From Pecten maximus (lineage: Eukaryota), in the NCBI RefSeq assembly GCF_902652985.1, contig NC_047025.1:40920001-40984000 (forward strand): a stretch of 64,000 bases of DNA, written 5' to 3'. The translations under genes and the position numbers were made by a program. The notes beneath the pieces were generated by a model. That model was not told the DNA's origin. It searched no databases and saw only the letters and a list, made by a program, of their open reading frames with translations. How positions within the stretch are numbered: the first letter of the stretch is position 1; each line of letters starts with the position of its first letter. Positions 35,953 through 49,613 of this stretch are shown in pieces.

Positions 35953-37796
35953 TTATACCTTGTTTTTGTACACAGGAGCGGAAGACCGAGGCAGTGGTTT
36001 GTTGCCTAGGATGATATCAGCAGCCTTCTCAGCCAGCATGATCGTAGGGCCATTAAGATTCCCAGTAATGACATTTGGCATGATAGAGGCATCAACAACT
36101 CTGAGGTTATCGACACCTAGAACACGAGTTTGAGAATCCACCACAGCCAACGGGTCACTCTCCGATCCCATTTTACATGTACATGATGGGTGATAGTCGG
36201 TGGTTCCATGAGCACGATTGAAGGCATCAATTTCAGCATCTGATTGGCATTCAGGTCCAGGCGATAGTTCCCGACCAGCACGGAAAGGATCGAACGCTTT
36301 CTGTTTAAGCACTTCCCTGGTGATTTTAAGACTGTTTCTCAATATCTTCACATCTCTTTCTGTAGACAGGTAGTTAGCTAGGATCTTTGGATGATCTCTG
36401 GGATTGCTGGATTTAAGTTTTATACAACCCCTGCTTGTAGCATGCATAGGTCCTGCTTGGAGCTGGTATGCATGTTCGTCACCGTAGTTATTCGTGGAAC
36501 CAGGTGTAAAATGGAACTGGATGTCGGGGTACTGAAGGCCTTCTTCACTTCGGACAAATCCACCACTCTCAAAGTGGGAGGTTGCACCATCACCTTTCTG
36601 AGTGAGGAACCACTGCAGCCCTATGCGGATCATATTATGAGGGAACTTCCACTGAGAAGAATAGAGAGTGATAGGTAGCTTACATGCTTCCTGTACAATA
36701 ACATTGAAATGGTCCTGGAGGTTCTCCCCAACACCTGGCAAGTGTTGAACCACAGGGATGTTCAGCGCCTTAAGTTCATCTGCATTGCCCACACCCGACA
36801 ACATGAGGAGCTGAGGAGAGTTGATTGATCCTCCACTCAGAATCACATCCTTCTCTGCTCGTACAATCTTTTTAACACCCTTCTGTTCAAACTCTACACC
36901 GACAGCTCTCTTGTTCTCAAATACAATCCTGGTTGACAGTGCGTTAGATTCCACTGTCACATTGTCACGTTTTAGTGCGGGCCTGAGGCTGGCCATGGCA
37001 GCACTCCAGCGTCGGCCTTTGTGAATGGTCATGTCCATCCACCCCACGCCCTCCTGTTGGTAGCCGTTCATGTCGTCCGTAAATGGGAAGCCGGCTTGTT
37101 GACCTGCCTCTACAAAGGTTTGATGCAGAGGGTTGTTGCTCCTCCCACGTGACACATGGAGTGGACCGTCACCCCCTCTGTAATCATTTTCTCCAAGTTC
37201 ATGGGTTTGGGATTTTTTAAAGTATGGCAAGCAATCTGCATACGACCACCCTTTTGCTCCAGCCTTTTCCCATCCGTCATAATCACCAGCATTACCACGC
37301 ACGTACACCATGGCATTGAGTGAGGACGATCCTCCCCAGACACGCCCTCTTGGCCAGTATATGACGCGGTTGTTTAGGTGTGGTTCTGGTTCAGTATGAT
37401 AGTACCAGTTGTACTTGTCATCATACAGGTTGTATTTAAGGGCAGCAGGCATGTGGATCTTCCAGGTGTTGTCTTTTGGACCAGCCTCCAGAACACACAC
37501 TTTGTTGTTAGGGTCAGCTGACAGCCGATTGGTAAGAGTACAGCCAGCCGAGCCAGCACCAATGATGACGTAGTCGTAAGTTGATCCTGATACCGTGGAG
37601 GCATTTCTCACCTGTATACTGCTGGAGAAAGTTGGCCTCACTTGACAGGTGGTGCTGAACTGTCGGCAATGGAAAGTGACAAAACCTGGTTTAATGGAAC
37701 AGACTGGCGAATCCTCCTTGGTATGGTCAATCACATGGTCTACTGTGGGTACAACCAAGTCTGTGACACACTTCAGATCATCCGTAGACCCCACAC
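35953..37796 (-). CDS. CHDH: CHDH-like copy 4, exon 2 (counterpart of copy 3; 642 aa spliced protein)
   Basis: Intact GMC ORF; TTATCAG|GT acceptor; DHFN and TTDYH as in copy 3. Confidence 0.92.
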
Positions 37797-39166
37797 CTGA
37801 TAACACACCGAAACAAAATATTGAGTTAAATGGGAACCTTTTGATGCAAAGAATTTGCACTTAACGTCAGAATTTTCAAACACGAGAAAAAATACACCAC
37901 GTTTCTTTTCTCTAAACACTATATCATATATCACTGATAATGCTCGTTCTATTGTAGCTATATTAATTATTTTACAGCCTAAATATATAATAAAATCATT
38001 GTTCATATAAATCATTTCAAATCTTTATACTAACATATCCCATTCCAAACTTATGGAACGCCTTCTAATAAAGAAGGACGGCGTGATAAATATACATATA
38101 GGCCCAGAGGAAGTTCGCCGAGGGTTAATTTCTGTTCGACAACATTACTTTTGACAAAAGATCCCCAAAAAGGATATCAACGTACCCATGGGAACAAACC
38201 GCCCCTCTCTTGGTCTCTTTATTGTTTGTTTTCATACGAGGCTGATTATATCGGCGGCATGCTTGGATGAAGGGCTACCAAAATCCTTGATCTACTTTTA
38301 AAGTCACAGGGGGTCAGATGACCGACTTTGCAATAGCCAAGAGACACAGGGTCATGCTGATGGGCCAGTATGATACTGGGATGAAGGACTACCAAGTCTG
38401 TTCAAATAACTGACATTGACCTACTTTCAATGTCACTTGGGTCAAATGTGTTAAAATCTTTTTAAAAAATAACTTAAAGACCAAACCTTATGATATTGGG
38501 CCAGTAGCATTCTTGGATAAAGGACTACCAAAATAGTTTAAATGAATTGCCTTGACCTGCTTTCAATGGCACTTGGGTCAAATGTGTTAAAATTTTAAAA
38601 CAACTCTATAATTAAAAAAATGATAATAATAAGAGGCACAGAGTCCTGGTATCATGCCGGTAGCATGCTGGAGTAATGTCATAGTTCTATCATGGCCACA
38701 GCAGCCAAATTTGTTCAGATGTTTAAACAATTTCTTAACAATCCAAACAAAAAGTCTAGGTTAATGATATTAGGCCAACGACATACAGTGATGAATGACA
38801 TAAATATATTTAAGGGTAAAGGGGTGCACATGAGTTAAAATATATAAATGTCTACCCAATAAGTAAAATGCCTAGGATTATGACATTAGTAGGTTGGCAT
38901 CCTGGTATGAATAGCTACGAAGTTTGTTCAAATGAACAAGTCTTTCTCTACTAGGACACGTGGTGGGGTGTAATAATCTTATTTTAAAAGTAAAATATAA
39001 TTTATCAGTATACTTCTGAACTCGGGTGGTCGATAAGTCTAATGGGGCTCTGGTTTGTTCGTAGTTTGCCCTCGTTTTGTCGATGTTGAGTTCAAAATAA
39101 TCAAATACAAATATAAATAGGTAGATACTACATATGTTCTGTACCAATCAGCTGTACACTACACAC

Positions 39167-39251
39167 CTAGCACAGTCTGTAGGATGGGGCGGTATGGGGA
39201 CACTGCAGATGGTCGAAATATGCTGATACCCGTTTTCAAAACAGTGGTCAT
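39167..39251 (-). CDS. CHDH: CHDH-like copy 4, coding exon 1
   Basis: Same 28-aa peptide as 24116-24200; phase-1 donor. Confidence 0.8.
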
Positions 39252-39649
39252 GGTGACAGTCTACCTATAGGACAACTCTGTTGGTGTCGTATATCTGTAA
39301 TGAAACAAAAATACATTCAACTGACTCGTTACTGAGTCAATAGCAATACTAATTCTATATGGCAACCTCTATTGGTAAGCCATTGCCATGCTTAGAGGAT
39401 ATTCCTTACCTAAAATATTATTATACCCGTTTGTTAAACTACTAAAACTAAAGACGAATACTGTAAATTGTATATCAAACTACACAGGAACATGATAATT
39501 CGGCCAGGTTATTTACAGAAAAGGCACGCGTTCATAGGTTCATGAACCTAATTACAAAATCTCACACGACCAATGTGAATATTACAAAAAAACTCGCGTC
39601 ATCACAGTTGTACAGATTTACAGGGACGTTTTCATACCACACCGAAAGA

Positions 39650-39900
39650 TGTATAATTATCATACTGACAGAATTACAGGAAGTATAATTATCACACTGA
39701 CAGAATTACAGGAAGTATAATTATCACACTGACAGAATTACAGGAAGTATAATTATCACACTGACAGAATTACAGGAAGTATAATCATTATACTGACAAA
39801 ATAAGAGGAATTATAATCATTATACTGACAAAAGTTACAGAAAATGAAATTATCATAATGATAAAGTTACAGGAAGTATAATTATCATACTGACAAAGTT
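39650..39900. repeat. Short version (about 8 copies) of the 32-bp minisatellite
   Basis: Reverse complement of the 21155-23725 unit at the homologous position. Confidence 0.9.
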
Positions 39901-40737
39901 ATATCGAACTGTACGGTACGAAGATTCCTTCCTGTGAGCCGCCACCATTGGACACGGGGAATACACCACTCGTACCTATACAGATGTATATGAATTACTT
40001 CATATGATACCTGCGTTATCTGGGTTATATTACATTTTACCTGTTAAAACTCTTACTTAGTTATCTTTGCGAATGGCTGACAAACAATGCTGCCTCATTA
40101 CTTACAATGATTATACGCTCACTTACACGACTCCAGACCTGTTATAAGCAATAGTATGGTGGGTAATACTGTACCATGGATTACAACAGTAACACAATCC
40201 ACATTGTATCCAGTGAAACACAACACTAGACCATAGTCGTAGATGATGGAGGTTCGTATACATGTATATCACAACCGGTATTGGATTTCGTTAGTGACGT
40301 TTCGGAGAATGTTTAAGTAAAGTCATTGGACCTTCACTAATCAAATTCATAACTGGTGGCGATGTACAAAAGTCTATTCATTTCCATATATACCAGCAAG
40401 GAGAAAAATGTTTCAATATATAATTTAGATGAACCTGCAGAATTAATACAGCTACGAAGCTCAATACTACAGCTGTCACCATTCTCGTTAACTACACTAT
40501 ATAACAATACGTTTTCTTCCTCCTCTTCGTTTAAACAATATTTTAAATGGTCTCACTCCATACGTGAAATAGTTACTTTCATTGTTATTGGAAAACAAGC
40601 TTCGATCTATGTCTCCTACTAGGAAACAAGTCCGGTACACTAATTTCTTATCCTCAATGAAACCAGCATCATCCCTTTTTTACATAAACCTATTGCTTCC
40701 AGGCATTTAAATCTAGATGATCCACGAACGATTTCGC

Positions 40738-43700
40738 TGATGTGTCCGGTACTAAAAAGGTAGATACTCAGTTTAGGGTACTAAAAAGGTAGGTACTCAG
40801 TTTAGGGTACTAAAAAGGTAGATACTCAGTTTAGGGTACTAAAAAGGTAGGTACTCAGTTTAGGGTACTAAAAAGGTAGATACTCAGTTTAGGGTACTAA
40901 AAAGGTAGATACTCAGTTTAGGGTACTAAAAAGGTAGATACTCAGTTTAGGGTACTAAAAAGGTAGATACTCAGTTTAGGGTACTAAAAAGGTAGGTACT
41001 CAGTTTAGGGTACTAAAAAGGTAGATACTCAGTTTAGGGTACTAAAAAGGTAGATACTCAGTTTAGGGTACTAAAAATGTAGATACTCAGTTTAGGGTAC
41101 TAAAAAGGTAGATACTCAGTTTAGGGTACTAAAAAGGTAGATACTCAGTTTAGGGTACTAAAAAGGTAGGTACTCAGTTTAGGGTACTAAAAAGGTAGAT
41201 ACTCAGTTTAGGGTACTAAGTTGATGTCCGGTACTAAAAAGGTAGATACCCAGTTTAGGGTACTAAGTTGATGTGACCGGTACTAAAAACGTAGATACTC
41301 AGTTTAGGGTACTAAGTTGATGTGACCGGTACTAAAAGGTAGATACCCAGTTTAGGGTACTAAATTGATGCTTCCGGTACTAAAAGGTAGATAACCAGTT
41401 TAGGGTACTAAAAAGGTAGATACTCAGTTTAGGGTACTAAGTTGATGTGTCCGGTACTAAAAAGGTAGATACCCAGTTTAGGGTACTAAAAAGGTAGATA
41501 CCCAGTTTAGGGTACTAAGTTGATGTCCGGTACTTAAAAGGTAGATACCCAGTTTAGGGTACTAAGTTGAAGTCCGGTATTAAAAAGGTAGATACCCAGT
41601 TTAGGGTACTAAGTTGATGCGTCTGGTACTAAAAAGATAGTTTGGTTTGTTTTTGTTTAACGTCCTATTAACAGCCAGGGTCATTTAAGGACGTGCCAGG
41701 TTTTGGAGGTGGAGGAAAGCCGGAGTACCCGGAGAAAAACCACCGGCCTACGGTCAGTACCTGGCAACTGCCCCACGTAGGTTTCGAAATCGCAACCAAG
41801 TGGTGGAGGGTTAGTGATAAGTGTCGGTACACCTTAACCACTCGGCCACCGCGGCCCCTACTAAAAAGATAGATACCCAGTTTAGGGTACTAGGTTGATG
41901 CGTCTGGTACTAAAAAGGTAGATACCAAGTTTAGGGTACTAGGTTGATAAGTCTGGTACTAAAAAGGTAGATACCCAGTTTAGGGTACTAAAAAGGTAGA
42001 TACCCAGTTAAGGGTACTAAAAAGGTAGATACCCAGTTAAGGGTACTAAGTTGATGTTTCCGGTATTAAAAAGGTAGATACCAAGTTTAGGTAACTAGGT
42101 TGATGCGTCTGGTACTAAAAAGGTAGATACCCAGTTTAGGGTACTAAATTGATGCTTCCGGTACTAAAAAGGTAGATACCCAGTTTAGGGTACTAAAAAG
42201 GTAGATACCCAGTTAAGGGTACTAAGTTGATGTTTCCGGTATTAAAAAGGTAGATACCCAGTTTAGGTAACTAGGTTGATGCGTCTGGTACTAAAAAGGT
42301 AGATACCCAGTTTAGGGTACTAAATTGATGCTTCCGGTACTAAAAAGGTAGATACCCAGTTTAGAGTACTAAGTTGATGTCTGGTACTAAAAAGGTAGAT
42401 ATTCAGTTTAGGGTACTAAGTTGATGTCCGGTACTAAAAAGGTAGATACCCAGTTTAGGGTACTCAATTGATGTGACCGGTACTAAAAAGGTAGATACTC
42501 AGTTTAGGTAACTAGGTTGATGCGTCTGGTACTAAAAAGGTAGATACCCAGTTTAGGGTACTAAGTTGATGTGTCCGGTACTAAAAAGGTAGATACCCAG
42601 TTTAGGGTACTAAGTTGATGTTTCCGGTACTAAAAAGGTAGATACCCAGTTTAGGGTACTAAGTTGATGTGTCCGGTACTAAAAAGGTAGATACCCAGTT
42701 TAGGGTACTAAAAAGGTAGATACCCAGTTTATGGTTCTAAGTTGGTGTTTCCGGTACTAAAAAGGTAGATACCCAGTTTAGGGTACTAAAAAGGTAGATA
42801 CCCAGTTTAGGTAACTAGGTTGATGCGTCTGGTACTAAAAAGGTAGATACCCAGTTTAGGGTACTAGGTTGATGTGTCCGGTACTAAAAAGGTAGATACC
42901 CAGTTTAGGGTACTAAGTTGATGTTTCCGGTACTAAAAAGGTAGATACCCAGTTTAGGTAACTAGGTTGATGCGTCTGGTACTAAAAAGGTAGATACTCA
43001 GTTTAGGGTACTAAGTTGATGTTTCCGGTACTAAAAAGGTAGATACCCAGTTTAGGGTACTAAAAAGGTAGATACCCAGTTTAGGGTACTAAAAAGGTAG
43101 ATACTCAGTTTAGGGTTCTAAGTTGATGTTTTCGGTACTAAAAAGGTAGATACCCAGTTTAGGGTACTAAAAAGATAGATACCCAGTTTAGGGTACTAGG
43201 TTGATGCGTCTGGTACTAAAAAGATAGATACCCAGGTTAGGGTACTAGGTTGATGCGTCTGGTACTAAAAAGGTAGATACCCAGTTTATGGTTCTAAGTT
43301 GATGTGTCCGGTACTAAAAAGGTAGAGACCCAGTTTAGGGTACTAAAAAGGTAGATACCCAGTTTAGGGTACTAAAAAGGTAGATACCCAGTTTAGGGTA
43401 CTAAGTTGATGTTTCCGGTATTAAAAAGGTAGATACCCAGTTTAGGTAACTAGGTTGATGCGTCTGGTACTAAAAAGGTAGATACCCAGTTTAGGGTACT
43501 AAGTTGATGTCTGGTACTAAAAAGGTAGATACCCAGTTTAGGTAACTAGGTTGATGCGTCTGGTACTAAAAAGGTAGATACCCAGTTTAGGGTACTAAGT
43601 TGATGTCTGGTACTAAAAAGGTAGATACCCAGTTTAGGGTACTAAGTTGATGTTTCCGGTATTAAAAAGGTAGATACCCAGTTTAGGTAACTAGGTTGAT

Positions 43701-45362
43701 GCGTCTGGTACTAAAAAGGTAGATACCCAGTTTAGGGTACTAAGTTGATGTCTGGTACTAAAAAGGTAGATACCCAGTTTAGAGTACTAAAAAGGTAGAT
43801 ACCCAGTTTAGGGTACTAAGTTGATGTTTCCGGTATTAAAAAGGTAGATACCCAGTTTAGGTAACTAGGTTGATGCGTCTGGTACTAAAAAGGTAGATAT
43901 TCAGTTTAGGGTACTAAGTTGATGTCCGGTACTAAAAAGGTAGATACCCAGTTTAGGGTACTCAATTGATGTGTCCGGTACTAAAAAGGTAGATACCCAG
44001 TTTAGGGTACTAAGTTGATGTCCGGTACTAAAAAGGTAGATACCCAGTTTAGGGTACTAAGTTGATGTGTCCGGTACTAAAAAGGTAGATACTCAGTTTA
44101 GGGTACTAAAAAGGTAGATACCCAGTTTAGGTAACTAGGTTGATGCGTCTGGTACTAAAAAGGTAGATACCCAGTTTAGGGTACTAAGTTGATGTCCGGT
44201 TATAAAAAGGTAGATACCCAGTTTAGGGTACTAAGTTGATGTGTCCGGTACTAAAAAGGTAGATACCCAGTTTAGGGTACTAAGTTGATGTGTCCGGTAC
44301 TAAAAAGGTAGATACTCAGTTTAGGGTACTAAAAAGGTAGATACCCAGTTTAGGTAACTAGGTTGATGCGTCTGGTACTAAAAAGGTAGATACCCAGTTT
44401 AGGGTACTAAGTTGATGTCCGGTACTAAAAAGGTAGATACCCAGTTTAGGGTACTAAGTTGATGTGTCCGGTACTAAAAAGGTAGATACCCAGTTTAGGG
44501 TACTAAGTTGATGTTTCCGGTACTAAAAAGGTAGATACCCAGTTTAGGTAACTAGGTTGATGCGTCTGGTACTAAAAAGGTAGATACCCAGTTTAGGGTA
44601 CTAAGTTGATGTCCGGTACTAAAAAGGTAGATACCCAGTTTAGGGTACTAAGTTGATGTCCGGTACTAAAAAGGTAGATACCCAGTTTAGGGTACTAATT
44701 TGATGTGTCCGGTACTAAAATGTAGATACTCAGTTTAGGGTACTAAGTTGATGTCCGGTACTAAAAAGGTAGATACTCAGTTTAGGTAACTAGGTTGATG
44801 CGTCTGGTACTAAAAAGGTAGATACTCAGTTTAGGGTACTAATTTGATGTCCGGTACTAAAATGTAGATACTCAGTTTAGGGTACTAAGTTGATGTCCGG
44901 TACTAAAAAGGTAGATACTCAGTTTAGGGTACTAAGTTGATGTGACCGGTACTAAAAAGGTAGATACCCAGTTTAGGGTACTAAGTTGATGTCCGGTACT
45001 AAAAAGATAGATACCCAGTTTAGGGTACTAAGTTGATGTCCGGTACTAAAAAGATAGATACCCAGTTTAGGGTACTAAGTTGATGTGACCGGTACTAAAA
45101 GGTAGATACCCAGTTTAGGGTACTAAGTTGATGTGACCGGTACTAAAAGGTAGATAACCAGTTTAGGGTACTAAAAAGATAGATACCCAGTTTAGGGTAC
45201 TAAGTTGATGTCCGGTACTAAAGTGTAGATACCCAGTTTAGGGTACTAAGTTGATGTGACCGGTACTAAAAAGGTAGATACCCAGTTAAGGGTACTAAGC
45301 TGATATGACCGGTACTAAAAAGGTAGATACCCAGTTTAGGGTACTAAGCTGATATGACCGGT
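40738..45362. repeat. Expanded 49/47/29-bp minisatellite (4.6 kb)
   Basis: Reverse complement of the 18485-19245 unit; pure 29-bp sub-array at about 40750-41220. Confidence 0.97.
41641..41858 (-). mobile_element. Full-length tRNA-derived SINE (V-domain-like) with 14-bp TSD
   Basis: Minus strand: GGGGCCGCGGTGGCCGAGTGGTTAAG (box A), TTCGAAACC (box B), TCTCCGGGTACTCCGGCTTTCCTCC core, (CAAA)-type tail; TACTAAAAAGATAG at 41627-41640 and 41859-41872. Confidence 0.9.
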
Positions 45363-45536
45363 CTTCTGTACGAGAACAATTATCATAGATAGGCTGCTGA
45401 CATTTGATACTAGAACGTTTATTTTGTTGTTTGAAAAAAAAATACTGCATTGAACAAAACAGGAAAAATGATACTGACGTTTTCATAATTGGTAACACTG
45501 CCGTGTCGACATACTTCAATTGTAATTTATTCTTTA

Positions 45537-45946
45537 ATATTTACATTTACACTGCAGCCCCACTATATAACTTTACCAAGCTCACTTGGAAGTTATGAGT
45601 CCATAACTTCCAAATCTTCATTATGACGTCATTAATATAGTGACGTCATAATTGTCACGTCGGCGATAACGAAAGATGGCTGTTGAAAAGGCTGTTCCGT
45701 CTTTGACGATAATAATTTGTTCATTCATCGTCGGAGCAAAATTCCTGGATATAGTATTTAAAAATCGTTGTCAAATGTAAATATAAGCATTGAACTGCTT
45801 TTAGTTGGAAGTTATGGTCTGATGAATGCCAACTGGACAAAGGCAAATTCAACATGAAGCGCTAGCGCGCTTCATTAAATTTGCCTTTGTCCAGTTGGCA
45901 TTCATCAGCCCATAACTTCCAACTGAAAGCAGTTCAATGCTTAATT
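45537..45946. mobile_element. Family C element (mirror copy)
   Basis: Near-identical reverse complement of 17893-18303. Confidence 0.7.
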
Positions 45947-46657
45947 AATTGTGGCCATATGCCCATTGGTACATATTATACCTCATCATACCTATCTCAT
46001 TATAGCCACCAGTAGAAGTAGTAGAACAGTGGAAGGATTGTTCACATTAAACAATACTTCCTTGTAACTCTTCCAATTAGCAACTTATTATTCAAGAACG
46101 ATTTTTCAATGTTACTTCATGGTTTCATTTCATTTCAAAACATTTTATTGACACAAGGACAATAGGATTGGACAGCAGGCAAAGCCTATATAAGTCCTCT
46201 CCCAAAACAGAAACATACACAATGGTACAAACATGGACATACTATAACACATTACATATTACAATCTCAATGCTTAACAAAGAGGCAGCTCCATTAGATT
46301 AGTATTAATTTTGTTTTATGAAGAGAATACTCTAACCTTTTAAAATAGGTAAAACGTTATTTAAAGCAAAAAGACAGAATAGGCATTTATATCCTAATTG
46401 AATAAAATTTAACATACAAACTGTATGGAATAAACATCTGATGATATTGAATTTCCTTATCCCAACATATACAGGCCACATAGTACATTACTTCATGGTT
46501 AATGCATTTAATCCGTTTTTGAGGAATTATAGAATTGGTTTGATTGATGGATCACCAACACACCGAAAATCACAGAAACATTTTCGTTTAATAGGCTTAA
46601 TGTTCATCCACGGATACTGTTGTTTGTTTGTCTCTCGGATCAGCAGACCGAATAGAC

Positions 46658-48564
46658 TCATTTACCGTCCTGTACATAGTTTTTGTACACAGGAGCCGTA
46701 GACCGAGGCAGTGGTTCGTTGCCTAGGATGATATCAGCAGCCTTCTCAGCCAGCATGATTGTAGGGCCATTAAGATTCCCAGTAATGATATTTGGCATGA
46801 TAGAGGCATCAACAATTCTGAGGTTATCGACACCTAGAACACGAGTTTGAGAATCCACCACAGCCATTGGGTCACTCTCTGATCCCATTTTACATGTACA
46901 TGATGGGTGATAGTCGGTGTCTGCGTTAGCACGACTGAAGGCATCGATATCGGCATCTGTTTGACATTCAGGTCCAGGCGATAGTTCCCGACCAGCACGG
47001 AAAGAATCAAACGCCTTTTGTTTGAACACTTCCCTAGCAACTTTGACACAGTCTCTCATTGTCCTCACATCATATTCTGTGGACAAATAGTTGGCTACGA
47101 TCTTTGGGTGGTCTCTGGGATTCCTGGATTTCAATTTGATATAGCCCCTACTTGTCGCACGCATAGGTCCAGCGTGGATTTGGTAAGCGTGTTCATTCCC
47201 AGTTTTGCGCCCATGATCATTCGTAGCTACAGGTACAAAATGGAACTGGATGTCAGGGTACTCGAGGTTCTCTTCACTTGGGACAAACCCTCCACTCTCA
47301 AAATGGGTGGTAGCTCCATCACCTTTCTGAGTGAGGAACCACTGCAGCCCTATGCGGATCATATTGTGAGGGAACTTCCACTGAGCAGAATAGAGGGTGA
47401 TGGGAAGCTTGCATGCTTCTTGTACAGTAACATCAAGGTGGTCCTGGAGGTTCTCCCCAACACCAGGCAAGTGTTCAACCACAGGGATGTTTAACGCCTT
47501 AAGTTCATCTGCATTGCCCACACCCGACAACATGAGGAGCTGAGGAGAGTTGATTGATCCTCCACTCAGAATCACATCCTTCTCTGCTCGTACAATATGT
47601 TTAACACCCTTCTGTTCATACTCTACACCAACAGCTCTCTTGTTCTCAAACACAATCCTGGTAGACAGTGCGTTAGATTCTACTGTCACATTGTCACGTT
47701 TTAGTGCGGGCCTGAGGCTGGCCATGGCAGCACTCCAGCGTCGGCCTTTGTGAATGGTCATGTCCATCCACCCCACGCCCTCCTGTTGGTAGCCGTTCAT
47801 GTCGTCCGTAAATGGGAAGCCGACCTGCTGACCTGCCTCTATAAAGGCCTGATGCAGTGGGTTGTTGCTCCTCCCACGTGACACATGGAGTGGACCGTCA
47901 CCCCCTCTGTAGTCATTTTCTCCAAGTTCATGGGTTTGGGATTTTTTAAAATATGGCAAGCAATCTGCATAAGACCATCCTTTTGCTCCAGCCTTTTCCC
48001 ATCCGTCATAATCACCGGCATTGCCACGCACGTACACCATGGCATTGAGTGAGGACGATCCTCCCCAGACACGTCCTCGTGGCCAGTACATGACACGGTT
48101 GTTCATGTGTGGTTCTGGTTCAGTATGGTAGTACCAGTTGTACTTATCATCACACAAATTGTACATGAGCGCAGCAGGCATGTGGATCTTCCAGGTGTAG
48201 TCTTTTGGACCAGCCTCCAGAACACACACCTTGTTGTTAGGGTCAGCTGACAGCCGATTGGTAAGAGTACAGCCAGCCGAGCCAGCACCAATGATGACGT
48301 AGTCGTAGGTGGATCCTGATACCGTGGAGGCATTTCTCACCTGTATACTACTTGAGAAAGTCGGCCTCACATGACAGGTGGTGCTGAACAACCTACATTG
48401 GACATTCACTCCCCCTGGCTTCCTTGTGGCAGGAATTGCATCTGGGGGTACCTGCTGTTTGATGGGACTGGCTGGTAGATTCTCCATGATATGGTCAATC
48501 ACATGGTCTACTGTGGGTACAACCAAGTCTGCGTCACACTTCAGATCATCCGAAGACCCCACAC
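46658..48564 (-). CDS. CHDH: CHDH-like copy 5, exon 2 (counterpart of copy 2; 674 aa spliced protein)
   Basis: Intact GMC ORF; TTATCAG|GT acceptor; DHLD, DTDYH and C-terminal NYVQDGK as in copy 2. Confidence 0.92.
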
Positions 48565-49077
48565 CTGATAACACACCGAAACAATATATTGTGTTACTAG
48601 TAAATGGGAACCATTTAATGTAAAGAATTTGCAAATAACGTCAGAATATGTACATATAAAAAAGAGAGAGAAAAATACATCACGTTCCTTTTCTATAAAC
48701 ACTATTTATATTATAGATTATTTACAGTTCTCGTCCTATTGTAACTATATTCATAATTTGATAGCCTATATATATAATAACATTATTGTTAATGTTTATT
48801 ATATAAAACCTTTACCTTTACAGGAACGCCTTCAAATAAAGATGGACGTCGTGATAAATATATCATCAGGTATTAAGATTATTTTTTGAAATAAAAATTG
48901 GTATAGGTTCAAAATCAATTTCTTTGAACACGAAAACCATACATCACCAAGAACACCGTGTACACCGCCACATTTAGGAGCACAGCTATGCGTTGTAGTA
49001 GGGCACGTCTCCGAAGCGGCACGGATGTGAGAAATCATATTGAAATTGTTCCCATAAGGTATCATTCGTAGCAAATA

Positions 49078-49613
49078 CTTTTATTGCATTGTTGCCAGTG
49101 AAATATAGTTATACATGTATATAGTTTTCCGTGTCAGAGCTAACCTTTGTATTCACCTCATTGAAACTTACTGATTTTTCTAGCCGAAGCGGAGATATAT
49201 GAATTGGTTATTTTGCTGTATTTCTGAAATATTCAGACTAGTTTTAGCCAAATACTAGCTGGACTTAAGCTTTTCATGCACAGATTCTTCGATAACAGCG
49301 GAAAACGCTTAAATTGCGTTGATAAGTCCTTTCAAAATAGCGCCGTCAAGTTGAAGTGGAGTAACGTCACAAAGAGATAACGTCACTGAACTTTTTGACA
49401 CTATACATTTTAGATGTTTTTAATTTTGTTTTTAAGAAGATCAATATGAAATACAATAAAAAAAACAATTGAAGTGTTTCCCGTTTAGTATATCATATAT
49501 TTCACTCGTATGACAGAATATTTCGATATTTTTCACTCGTGAAAATATCGATATTCTGTCACACTCGTGAAATATATGTTATATTAAACGGGAAACCATT
49601 CAATATCCTCTAT
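49078..49613. mobile_element. Family A element
   Basis: TTTTATTGC...AATATCCTCTAT ends. Confidence 0.75.

Noticed and set aside
37797-37860. N-terminal extensions MQIL... of ORFs 35953-37860 and 46658-48634
   Set aside because: Start at non-ATG codons in intron sequence upstream of the splice acceptor.
18485-45362. Tandem arrays as CRISPR, or TTTAGGG as telomeric repeat
   Set aside because: No unique spacers, no cas genes, eukaryotic context; TTTAGGG occurs once per larger unit, not in tandem.
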